From Ignisphaera sp. (GTDB lineage: Archaea > Thermoproteota > Thermoprotei_A > Sulfolobales > Ignisphaeraceae): 17,464 bases of DNA. Shown here piece by piece: positions 1-8,684 of this stretch. The stretch is taken from positions 1 to 17,464 of the forward strand of contig JAWAHS010000003.1 in assembly GCA_038889075.1 (NCBI GenBank). Direction: 5' to 3'. The position numbers and the translations under genes are program-made. How positions within the stretch are numbered: the first letter of the stretch is position 1; every line of letters begins with the position of its first letter. The notes below the pieces were generated by a model. The model saw only the letters and a list, made by a program, of their open reading frames with translations. It was not told the origin of the DNA and searched no databases.

Positions 1-2242
1 GTAGTACTATTGCTAGTGCTGTTGTTATTGTCCAGTCTGTTACTGTTTCAGTCTTTGTTGTTGTAACTGTTTCTACTCTAGTTGTTACTGCTGTTGATGT
101 TACTACTGATGTTGTTGTAACTGTTTGAATAGCAGTTACAGTAACAGTTGTAGCAACCGGAGTTGGAGTTGGAGTCGGTGTCGGAGTAGGAGTAGGTGTC
201 GGAGTAGGAGTTGGAGTAGGTGTTGGTTTCGGTATTTCTATTGGTAGTTTTGGTGGTGCTCCTGGCATTGTTGCCTCCTTAGTTGGACATCTACCTGTAG
301 GCTTTACACTGAGTATTATGAAGAGCATGTGGTTCCACCAGTTTACTGGATCCATGTAGTAGTTTTCTGGATATGTTGGCCAGTTATCCCAGCAGTAGGT
401 ATTCTGTGGTGTATAGAATAGATGTGCAAAGAATGGTACACCCGGTGTTATCTCAGCCCATAGCAGGATATACTCCTGTGCAAGTTTTATCATTTTTTCT
501 GTCTCCCACGGAGGTGTCGCCTCCATCTCCTCAATAATCTTATCTAATCTTGCCCTCTGCTCCTTAGCTTTTGCATCATGTTTTGCTAGTATAGCTGGCT
601 GGGACCACTGGAACGGTAGCTCTGTTTCCTTGCCTGTTCCATAGCATGGGAAGAATCCGCTTCCACCTTGTCTTTCATGGCAGTATCTGCTATGATAACC
701 CCATACGTGTGGTGCTACATCTGGGAATAGCATTGAGCAGAATGGCCATGTAGATGCTATATCGAAGTCGCCATATGTTGTTCTTGTTGCCCATATTGCT
801 GCTTCTGGTGTTTCAACCTCTACCTCAATTCCAAACTTCTTCCAGTAGTCTGCTATTAGAAAGCCCTGGACCTGGGTCTCCCAGTGGAATGGTCCTGTAA
901 CTAGGAATCTTATAACCCACTTCTCTCCTGTCGGTAGATACCACTTGCCATCAGGACCTCTATAGAACCCTACCTTCTTCAGTAATTCCTCAGCTTTCTG
1001 TGGATTGTACTCCCAGAAGGCTACATCAGCATCAAATCCGAGGAGCTTTAGATGCTCTCTCACCTCGGCTGGCACCTTATCCGGTGGTGCAATAATTCCA
1101 AGCTTCACGAGTTCATCCTTCAATGCAGAGTACACATATTTATCGACTAGTGGTGATCTTATGAAGTGGAGAACCATTGGTATAGGCTTAGATCCATCAG
1201 GACCCGATAGAGCCTTCCATACAGCAACAGGATCAATGGCATATCTAAGTGCATACCTTACCTCCGTTATGTTGTATGGATATCTAAACGTATTGTATGT
1301 ATAGCCCTTGTTGCATGGATCGAAGAGCCACGCAAGTGGCGGCTCTCTTCTCCATCCAATTACATATGGGTTCTGCAGTACGAGTTCCATCTGTTCTACA
1401 GCGAAAGTCTTCTTGCAATCCATTTCATTTCTAACAAACATTAGGGCTGCCTTCTCCTCGGGACCGGGGTAGAGCACAAGATAGTACTTTGGTGCTGGCT
1501 TAAGTCCATACAGTTTTGTACCCCACCAATTCTCATTTCTCTCCCATAGCCACCAGTTGCCACCTCTATCAAAGTCTTTCAGTACATAGGGTCCTAGACA
1601 CAGAGGTGGATAGTTCTTATATGCAACTGGATCTTCAACCTTCTCCCATACATGCTTAGCTATAGATGTAACATAAACGGACGGACCCCAGATTATTGCT
1701 GTAAAGTAGTAGTGGAACCTTGGATTCGGCTTTAGAAGTTCATAGACAACTGTATAGTCGTCTACCTTATAGACGTTGGCAACCCATGATGTGAGTAAGG
1801 CATAGGGTCCAAATCTCTTATCACTCATAAGAAGCTTAGTTGCAAATACAACATCTTCAGCTGTAAAGGGAACCCCATCACTCCATGTTACACCCTTTCT
1901 CAGATATATTTTAACAGTCTTAAAGTCTGGTGAATATTCTGGTGGACCAGCTGCAATCCAGCTAATAAGCTCATTATTGGTTGTATTTATATACCATAGA
2001 TTCTGGTGGCATACATGATGCCATCCATATGCAACGGGTCTCCCAGGTACATGAACATTGAAGTTGTCTGGCTCTGCTAGTGTCCCCCCTTCATAGTGGT
2101 TTACTAGCACATCTCCCCTGGGTACACCTGGGGGAAGTGGTAGCTGTGCCTCTACAGGTCTTATATCCATTATAATAACGCTGCTCAGTACCATTATTAT
2201 TATGAGTAATGTGCTGAGTATATATCCGCCTTTGAGACTCAA
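1..2242 (-). CDS. ABC transporter substrate-binding protein, family 5 (Opp/Dpp fold, probably oligosaccharide-binding); 3' end runs off the window
   Basis: Not in the ORF track; translated by hand at both ends, which share a frame. TTG at 2242 (in-frame GTG at 2251) follows SD GGAGTGA. N-terminus MSLKGGYILSTLLIIIMVLSSVIIMDIRPVEAQLPLPPGVPRGDVLV is a signal peptide. Contains the SBP_bac_5 motif LRKGVTWSDGVPFTAEDVVF, plus VRYALRYAID and LLKKVGF. C-terminus has (PT)11, a Thr-rich linker and the start of a TM anchor (TDWTITTALAIVL). Confidence 0.95.
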   Translation of the reverse strand, partial: MSLKGGYILSTLLIIIMVLSSVIIMDIRPVEAQLPLPPGVPRGDVLVNHYEGGTLAEPDNFNVHVPGRPVAYGWHHVCHQNLWYINTTNNELISWIAAGPPEYSPDFKTVKIYLRKGVTWSDGVPFTAEDVVFATKLLMSDKRFGPYALLTSWVANVYKVDDYTVVYELLKPNPRFHYYFTAIIWGPSVYVTSIAKHVWEKVEDPVAYKNYPPLCLGPYVLKDFDRGGNWWLWERNENWWGTKLYGLKPAPKYYLVLYPGPEEKAALMFVRNEMDCKKTFAVEQMELVLQNPYVIGWRREPPLAWLFDPCNKGYTYNTFRYPYNITEVRYALRYAIDPVAVWKALSGPDGSKPIPMVLHFIRSPLVDKYVYSALKDELVKLGIIAPPDKVPAEVREHLKLLGFDADVAFWEYNPQKAEELLKKVGFYRGPDGKWYLPTGEKWVIRFLVTGPFHWETQVQGFLIADYWKKFGIEVEVETPEAAIWATRTTYGDFDIASTWPFCSMLFPDVAPHVWGYHSRYCHERQGGSGFFPCYGTGKETELPFQWSQPAILAKHDAKAKEQRARLDKIIEEMEATPPWETEKMIKLAQEYILLWAEITPGVPFFAHLFYTPQNTYCWDNWPTYPENYYMDPVNWWNHMLFIILSVKPTGRCPTKEATMPGAPPKLPIEIPKPTPTPTPTPTPTPTPTPTPTPTPVATTVTVTAIQTVTTTSVVTSTAVTTRVETVTTTKTETVTDWTITTALAIVL
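158..226 (-). repeat. Coding hexanucleotide repeat encoding a (Pro-Thr)11-Pro linker
   Basis: Forward strand alternates cgg/tgg/agg with agt/tgt for 23 codons; a Thr/Val-rich stretch follows to the window edge. Confidence 0.95.
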
Positions 2243-2279
2243 GTTTCTCACTCCGTCTATAGTTACCTTATAGCTGGGG

Positions 2280-2294
2280 TTTTTAAATGTTTTT
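2280..2294 (-). promoter_or_regulatory. Internal BRE/TATA promoter for the binding-protein gene
   Basis: Minus strand reads AAAAACA-TTTAAAAA, about 25 nt upstream of the SD/start region. Confidence 0.55.
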
Positions 2295-2319
2295 GCTTCT
2301 CCTTCCCCTCCTTATCTAT

Positions 2320-3222
2320 CTACTGTCTTAATCTGGGGTTTACATACTCTGATATACCCTGTGATAGTAGGAAGAATGCCAGGAATACCAATATTACACC
2401 TACAATTGGTGTAATATACCACCACCAGAGCCCTCTAAATAGCGCTGAGTAGTAAAGCGACCAGTAGATCATTGTACCAAGAGTATCCTTATCGAGTATC
2501 GATAGCCCTAATATTGACAGCCCTGTCTCCATACCTATGGAGTAGAGCACAGTATTGGTAAGATTTATGAGATGCCATGCGAGTAGATGTGGTATGATCT
2601 CTCTAAGTATTATCCTAGCCATAGAGTTTCCAGATAGAGATGATGTTAGTATGAATTCCCTCTCCCTCAGTGACAATACCATTGCACGTACCTGTCTGGC
2701 AGGCCAGCACCATGCTGTAATTGAAAATATTAACCCCATAAATGGTATTGGACTTCCCACTGCTGATATATGGGGCTTTAGTATCATTAACACTATTACG
2801 TATAGTGGTAGTGCTGGTATTACTATAATGGTGTCTGTTATAAACATTAGTACTCTATCAACTATGCCGCCTTTTAGCCCTGCGATAATACCTACAAGTA
2901 GCCCAATGTGTGGTGCTATCAGAGCTGTAACTATACCTATTACTAGTGAGTTCTTTATGGCATTTGTAAAGATCCAAAATACGCTTCTGCCATTAGCGGT
3001 TGTCCCAAATATGAGATCTATGCCTGTAGGTGTTGGTGGGAGACTCCTTGGGTAACTATACCAGTGTATATATTGTGGTGGTGCTGAAAAGGAAAGCAGA
3101 GCCAGTATCGTTACCCCTATAATTATGATAAAGCCTATTCGAAATTTTTTACTTACCCTCATGAGTATTGAAAATGAGTTTTTAATTGAGGTAATAACAC
3201 CTATAGGTATACCAACCAACAT
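2320..3222 (-). CDS. dppC: Opp/Dpp-family ABC permease (DppC-like)
   Basis: IFGTTANGRSVF, ARQVRAMVLSLREREFI (EAA-loop region), GLSILGL and WWWYITP motifs; SD GGGGTGA. Confidence 0.93.
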   Translation of the reverse strand: MLVGIPIGVITSIKNSFSILMRVSKKFRIGFIIIIGVTILALLSFSAPPQYIHWYSYPRSLPPTPTGIDLIFGTTANGRSVFWIFTNAIKNSLVIGIVTALIAPHIGLLVGIIAGLKGGIVDRVLMFITDTIIVIPALPLYVIVLMILKPHISAVGSPIPFMGLIFSITAWCWPARQVRAMVLSLREREFILTSSLSGNSMARIILREIIPHLLAWHLINLTNTVLYSIGMETGLSILGLSILDKDTLGTMIYWSLYYSALFRGLWWWYITPIVGVILVFLAFFLLSQGISEYVNPRLRQ

Positions 3223-3232
3223 CCTTCACCCC

Positions 3233-4246
3233 TTATCTATGCCTTACGCGCGGATCTATAAATGGATACACAATATCTAAAATATATGTTGCTATAGCTA
3301 CTGCTATTATTGTAAGTGAAAGCATACTTAGTGCTGTTGGATAATCTCCTGATAGAACAGCCCTATATGCAAGCATACCAATTCCAGGATATGTGAACAG
3401 TATTTCTGTAAGTAGTGCACCACCAAATATCCCTCCCAGAGACAGTCCTAGCGTTGTAACCTGCGGTAATAGTACATTCCTAAATACATAATTCTTTAAT
3501 ATGCGTGACTGTGACAGCCCTCTAAGCTCTGCATAGTAGACATAGTCCTCTGTCTGCACATTTAATGTTAGTGTGAATGAGCTTAGGAACCACCAGCCCA
3601 ACATACTAATCAATATTATCGATAGTGCTGGCAAGGTGGATCTATATAGCCACTCTCTAATCAGTATAAATATATCTGTAAAGACCGCTTCCCCAAAGCC
3701 GCCTACAAGTGGAAACACAGGTATTAGGTAGGCAAATAGAAATATGAGTGCTAATGCCATAATATAGTATGGTATGGGATACAGCGTTAGTGAAAGTGAT
3801 ACTAGAACCTTTGATATCCTCTTTTTCCTATTTATGCTTGCAAAAACGCCGAGTAAATTCCCTAAAATCCATGATAGTACCGTGGTGAATACCAGGAGAC
3901 TTACAGTCCAAGGCAATCTACGAATTATTAGTTCCCTCGCTGGAGTTGGATATGACATTATTGATGGTCCAAAGTCCAGTGTTAGAAACCTTCTAAGATA
4001 AGAGATGTACTGCTCGATGGGCGACCCCATTAAACCAAACACCTCATACAGGGTCTTTCTAAGCTCTTCCAATGCTTGAGGGTCGACAACTTGCCCCTGA
4101 ACTGTAAAGGATGCTACAATGTTTTCTACAGCTGAAACTGGCATTGCCCTCAGTAGTAGGAATGTAAATGTGAATGCTGTGAACAGTGTTGCCACCAGTA
4201 CAGCTGTTCTAATGGCTATGAAACGTGGTAGCGCCTTTGAAGCCAG
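3233..4246 (-). CDS. dppB: Opp/Dpp-family ABC permease (DppB-like); probable CTG start
   Basis: QYISYLRRFLTLDFGPS, EDYVYYAELRGLS, TEILFTYPGIG and YPFIDPRVR motifs. The track start (GTG 4195) cuts into the first helix. The frame stays open to a CTG at 4246, 6 nt after SD GGTGGTGA, giving MASKALPRFIAIRTAVLVATLF. Confidence 0.92.
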   Translation of the reverse strand: MASKALPRFIAIRTAVLVATLFTAFTFTFLLLRAMPVSAVENIVASFTVQGQVVDPQALEELRKTLYEVFGLMGSPIEQYISYLRRFLTLDFGPSIMSYPTPARELIIRRLPWTVSLLVFTTVLSWILGNLLGVFASINRKKRISKVLVSLSLTLYPIPYYIMALALIFLFAYLIPVFPLVGGFGEAVFTDIFILIREWLYRSTLPALSIILISMLGWWFLSSFTLTLNVQTEDYVYYAELRGLSQSRILKNYVFRNVLLPQVTTLGLSLGGIFGGALLTEILFTYPGIGMLAYRAVLSGDYPTALSMLSLTIIAVAIATYILDIVYPFIDPRVRHR

Positions 4247-4273
4247 GCTACATCACCACCTATATTAATCTAG

Positions 4274-4317
4274 TTTTACACGTTGTAAAAGTTTGAGAAA
4301 TCTTTTATAAATTTTCA
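4274..4317 (-). promoter_or_regulatory. Transporter operon promoter (BRE + TATA) with a palindromic operator candidate
   Basis: TTTATAAA at 4304-4311 is preceded on the minus strand by TGAAAA. The inverted repeat TTTTACA-cgt-TGTAAAA at 4274-4290 overlaps the expected TSS. Confidence 0.6.
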
Positions 4318-4447
4318 ACACAGTCAATATCTTTCAATTAGCAAACAAAATATTTACTAATCATATGAATTAACAAATGATTGGAATTAATGCAATGCAC
4401 ATTCATACTGTGGGTGGATATAATATTTAAAAGCAACATATGGCTAC

Positions 4448-5458
4448 CTAACGAGAGTGTGCTACGCGTTCTATCTCTTCTTTCAGTTCTTGGAGGAGTT
4501 GTTTATATATTGATATGCTCTTGGTCTGTAGTGGGTCTAGACCCCTTAGTTGTGCCAGCTTAATACTTGTAATGCCTATTACTAGTGAGCCGTAAAGAAA
4601 TCTTTCTATTACATTACCATTTAGCCTTAGTATATATGTGTCTATACCTAATCCCTTCAAATATTCGGCATAGAATTGAATGAGTTTATTCTCGTATGTT
4701 AGGTCGGAGTCTACAAGTAAAGCTTTATCTTTAAATTCTGCAGATTCCCATCCAACAATATCATTGTGGAAGAGTTCAGGTAGTATTTCCACCTTTACAG
4801 GAATTTTCGAATTCTCGTTAAGTTCATTTTTAATTCTTACCGCTAGTGCTGAGTACCTTAGTGTGGCGACAACTAGTGGCAATTTAGAGAGCTTTAGGAA
4901 GTTAAATAGCTCTCTGCTAGTTCTCTCAGCTTCATCCATATTTTTAAGCACCTCCAGTGCTTTCATTAGCTCTTCTCTTGCGATTAATTCGATACCACAA
5001 GTTGATAGTAGATTAAATGCTGCTACTAGCATTATTGGAAGTGCTGAACGTGGTGCTAGCCCACTCCTAATAGCTATATATGGTAGTCCATTTCTCTTTG
5101 CAAGTTCTATTAGTTCCCCACCAGAGGCTATAACGCCCACAGATTTTGTATGCTGTAGTGCTTTTTTAGTTGATAGTATCGTCTCCAACGTATTGCCAGA
5201 GTAGCTTATTGATAGCACGAATGTTGTACCATCAATTATATTACTTGGAATGTAAAAATCCTTATACACGTACACGGGGTATTCTGATTCAGCTGCAATT
5301 GACGCTATTATATCGCCTACAATACCGCTTCCACCCATACCCAGAATAACAATTCTCCTAATACCATCGAAAAATCTGGCATTTACGACGGTATAGCCTA
5401 GAGCTTCCAAACTATATTCATACCATTTCATATAGTGTTCGAGCATAACGATCCCCAC
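4448..5458 (-). CDS. Bifunctional phosphoglucose/phosphomannose isomerase (PGI/PMI, SIS domain)
   Basis: GMGGSGIVGD, SYSGNTLET, PRSALP and ELNENSK...PELFHNDIVGW motifs. The true start may be ATG 5446. Confidence 0.93.
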   Translation of the reverse strand: MGIVMLEHYMKWYEYSLEALGYTVVNARFFDGIRRIVILGMGGSGIVGDIIASIAAESEYPVYVYKDFYIPSNIIDGTTFVLSISYSGNTLETILSTKKALQHTKSVGVIASGGELIELAKRNGLPYIAIRSGLAPRSALPIMLVAAFNLLSTCGIELIAREELMKALEVLKNMDEAERTSRELFNFLKLSKLPLVVATLRYSALAVRIKNELNENSKIPVKVEILPELFHNDIVGWESAEFKDKALLVDSDLTYENKLIQFYAEYLKGLGIDTYILRLNGNVIERFLYGSLVIGITSIKLAQLRGLDPLQTKSISIYKQLLQELKEEIERVAHSR

Positions 5459-5608
5459 ATCTACCTACATACTCGTTTTCCGTATTTTAGAATGCGGTAC
5501 CTAGATCTCTATTATAAGCTTTTTATTTTAAGACTAAAATATGGTACCTAGATAGAACAAAGCTTTTAAACCAATCAGAAGTAAATACGTGACTGATGGT
5601 GTGGCTCT

Positions 5609-5815
5609 ATGCCTATATTTATTAACAGCGAAGATAGGTTTTTAGAGGTTGTAAAAAGAGCTCTAGAATGTAGAGTTAAAAGAATTGAAAAGAAGGGTAT
5701 AGCAAAGGTTAAAGCAAGAACAAAGAAATACCTCTATACATACATAACAACTCTAGACAAACTTGATGACCTACTAAATAAGCTAAAGAGCATATGTACT
5801 GTAAAAGAACTATAG
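5609..5815 (+). CDS. rpl38e: 50S ribosomal protein L38e
   Basis: 68-aa basic protein with MP..I....FLE, ECRVKR and KVKARTKKYLYT, matching the eL38 K-x-K-x-R-x-x-x-YLYT signature; TATA (TTTTAAA) and SD upstream. Confidence 0.9.
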   Translation: MPIFINSEDRFLEVVKRALECRVKRIEKKGIAKVKARTKKYLYTYITTLDKLDDLLNKLKSICTVKEL

Positions 5816-6194
5816 AGATGCTCTCATATCAAGTCATAAATATTATAAATGGAAATACCTCCATGGACCAAAATTGAGCAGCATATGTATTGGTCGATAA
5901 TAACCTATAGCAATACAGGAATCGACTTCTTACAACTTTCTTTCACCTTTGCACGCTAGCCATCATTTCCTACAACATTCAAATTCATTAGATATGCCAG
6001 TACCGGTCTCATAAATGTCACAACCATATCCCACCGCAGGTTCCTCGAGAACCGTGATTCAAGAGCTGACAATGAGAATAGACCTAAAACGTAGAAAGAC
6101 AGCTAAGGATAGGTTTCAAAGTGAATACACATTAAGGTGTGAAGCTAAAAAGATTAAATACTCTAAAGAGGTAGAAAGGTGTAGCGATCAGCCA

Positions 6195-6257
6195 ATGATG
6201 TATTACAAACCCCATCTGATGATCTCCAGCGTATATGATGATGGCTGGCGCTTCTGA
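6195..6257 (+). ncRNA. Atypical C/D-box sRNA candidate
   Basis: C ATGATGT 6195-6201, 14-nt guide, D' CTGA 6216-6219, long 15-nt spacer, C' ATGATGA 6235-6241, 12-nt guide, D CTGA 6254-6257. AAAAAGA-TTAAATA promoter-like motif near 6147-6160. No target recognised. Confidence 0.5.
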
Positions 6258-6599
6258 ACAGTAGGACTTTGTCTGATCCATAGATATACATCTGGAGCGT
6301 CCAACACCGCAATTGATAATTGAACTAGAAATCTACAATCTGTGATTTGCATATAGTTGTCGGAAAGCATGTTTTGCTCTATAATTACTTCATCTAGAAG
6401 TTGAGGTTATATATTGTATGTTGTACATATTGAAGGCGATTTATTGGTGTATCTCTTACTTCTATCTAGCTAGAATGTCTATCGTTTAACTCTAAATCTG
6501 TTAATGGTTGATAAAACTTATAAACTATATATATTACTAATACTGTATACAGTTAAAAAGTAATGTCATTGGTTTACCTATGGTGTTGAGGTGACCATA

Positions 6600-7286
6600 G
6601 TGATTAATGAAGATGATATAGCGCTACTGATTTCTACGGCATATAGTATACCATCACTACTCGATATGAATGTTTTACCAGTAATCGATAGGAGTCACGT
6701 TATTAAGATGGTTGAAATGTTCATGGACGAAGCAATTATGTATGTCAGAAATCTTGGTATAGAACCTCTATCCTCCAAATACATAAAGGAGGATATCTAT
6801 ATGCTATGTGACAATCTACTGAAATATATTGGCGAATTTGAGGGTGGTCTCATTCCACAAGCCGATATCCTTAAGCACATCTCTGGGTGTAGCACTATTG
6901 CCGTGCTCCATAGCCATCCCATACCAATACCTGTACCAACATTAGAAGACCTGATATCCTCTTCACAAATTGGCTACAATGTTGAGTGTGTCATAAGTAA
7001 ATCGTCAAGCTGCTTAGCTACAATGGTATGTATGGAGCCTCTTAAAACATGGCGGGATGTAATATCGGCTTTCTATGATATCAACGACTATTTTCTGGAA
7101 TCCGCTAGGTATATTGTTGTTGGAGATCACTCACAGATCGAATTTCTTCCCTTTCCCAACACAGATGAACAGAATAACATGATTCGCGTATTTATAGAGG
7201 TTCTTAGTAGATATGCAAAAATCTCTTATGCTAGGATAGATTTAGCGAACCGTATATACGATGTAGAGATATTTAATAGAGTTTAA
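6600..7286 (+). CDS. Divergent JAB/JAMM (MPN+) domain metalloprotein
   Basis: IAVLHSHPIPIPVPTLED fits H-x-H-x7-[S/T]-x2-D; upstream EFEGGLI could supply the catalytic Glu. SD GAGGTGA favours GTG 6600 over 6591. Confidence 0.7.
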   Translation: MINEDDIALLISTAYSIPSLLDMNVLPVIDRSHVIKMVEMFMDEAIMYVRNLGIEPLSSKYIKEDIYMLCDNLLKYIGEFEGGLIPQADILKHISGCSTIAVLHSHPIPIPVPTLEDLISSSQIGYNVECVISKSSSCLATMVCMEPLKTWRDVISAFYDINDYFLESARYIVVGDHSQIEFLPFPNTDEQNNMIRVFIEVLSRYAKISYARIDLANRIYDVEIFNRV

Positions 7287-7334
7287 TTATTCTCGAGAGA
7301 ACTGAGTATACTAGGATTTAGAAGGTACCATAAG

Positions 7335-8684
7335 ATGTCCATAGATATGGATAGGTATAAGATTGTAAAAGACGCTGTGCATGGCTATATAAAAATCTAC
7401 CACCATGAATTGCCAATAGTTGACTCCTATGCATTTCAGAGACTTAGAAGAATTAAACAGCTTTCTGTAGCAGACATAGTGTATCCAGGCGCTGTACATA
7501 CAAGGTTTCAACACTCGTTGGGTACAGCACATATAGCTGAAACTATGATTAGAGAACTGCTGAGGAAACTACGTCTAAAGCAATACGATATAGATAGATA
7601 CACAGTACTGATAAGACTACTAGCCCTCCTTCATGATGTAGGCCACGGCCCCTTTAGCCATCTATTCGAAGACTGTATTCTATTACCAAAGGGACTAACT
7701 CATGAAGATGTAGGGGCATTGATAGTTATGAATATAGATGACCTCTCCTCTAGAATAGATTCTATATTAAGTGCCTACGGTTACAGCACCAGCCATATAG
7801 CTAAGGCATTGAAAAGCAAAGGTGTAGATGAATGGCCCTTTACATCAAATATTACAGGAGAGACGAGTGAAAAAGCACTTTTCTACATAATTAAGGGCAT
7901 CTTTAGTGCAGATATTATCGATTATCTTCTTCGCGATTCCTACTATACCGGCGCTGGATATGGTGATAACATTGATTGGTATAGAATCTCCTACTATCTA
8001 TACATATACAGTGATAAACTGGTAATTGACTATAGGGCTCTCGATGTTTTTGAGCAGATGATTATAGCTAGGCTTCACATGTTTTCAACAGTATACTATC
8101 ATAAGACCGTTAGAGCTGCCTATAAATTTCTAGGTGATATTCTCAAAAAGATAGATGAGTTAAAGCTTCTAGATTTTGAAAAGCATCTAAATAGTATCGA
8201 AAGATATATTGAGCTAGACGACTATTCTGTACTATTAAATGATAGGGTTAGGGATCTATCAGAGGTTCGTGAGTTCCTATCAAGGAGAATTCCATATAAA
8301 GCTGTAGCCGAACACCGGATCCTTCTACCCAATAATGTGAAATCACTAGGATACCTATTTGATGTAGGTAAGAAAATCATTGAGGAATCTCTTGAAGAGA
8401 GCTTAAGATCACGAGGTATAGATGTCTCTAGGGATAGGGATTTCTTCGTCGATACCCCCAAGCTATCTCTAAATCCCATGCTGACCACAGATGATGCATA
8501 CATTATGCTTGAAGGAGGATACATGCAGAGGAGAAGGGTATATGAATTACCGTGGATAAATATACCTAAAGCCGTAGCTGTGGTTAGAGTCTATATTAGA
8601 AGAACCCTCCTAGATAAGTCATCTATTATACGGGAAATATTCAATAGCATAGTAGAGGGTGATAATCTAAGGTCGTTCTACTAG
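7335..8684 (+). CDS. HD-domain phosphohydrolase (COG1078, SAMHD1/dNTP triphosphohydrolase-like)
   Basis: DAVHGYI, FQRLRRIKQL, VYPGAVHTRFQHSLG, LLHDVGHGPFSH, ADIIDYLLRDSYYTG and MFSTVYYHKTVR motifs. Confidence 0.93.
   Translation: MSIDMDRYKIVKDAVHGYIKIYHHELPIVDSYAFQRLRRIKQLSVADIVYPGAVHTRFQHSLGTAHIAETMIRELLRKLRLKQYDIDRYTVLIRLLALLHDVGHGPFSHLFEDCILLPKGLTHEDVGALIVMNIDDLSSRIDSILSAYGYSTSHIAKALKSKGVDEWPFTSNITGETSEKALFYIIKGIFSADIIDYLLRDSYYTGAGYGDNIDWYRISYYLYIYSDKLVIDYRALDVFEQMIIARLHMFSTVYYHKTVRAAYKFLGDILKKIDELKLLDFEKHLNSIERYIELDDYSVLLNDRVRDLSEVREFLSRRIPYKAVAEHRILLPNNVKSLGYLFDVGKKIIEESLEESLRSRGIDVSRDRDFFVDTPKLSLNPMLTTDDAYIMLEGGYMQRRRVYELPWINIPKAVAVVRVYIRRTLLDKSSIIREIFNSIVEGDNLRSFY

Noticed and set aside
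5836-5988. Minus-strand stop-interrupted frame containing ILVHGGIS (phosphatase-like)
   Set aside because: One short motif with in-frame stops is not enough to call a pseudogene.
6034-6044. CCGCAGGTTCC, complementary to the 16S 3' region (GGAACCUGCGG)
   Set aside because: No properly spaced C/D boxes around it, and 11-nt rRNA matches are expected by chance in 17 kb.
6015-6257. 80-aa ORF from the track
   Set aside because: No SD or recognisable motif, and its 3' end coincides with the C/D-box candidate; likely spurious.
6216-6260. CTGATGA read as a hammerhead ribozyme core
   Set aside because: No stem II followed by GAAA; better explained as C/D boxes.
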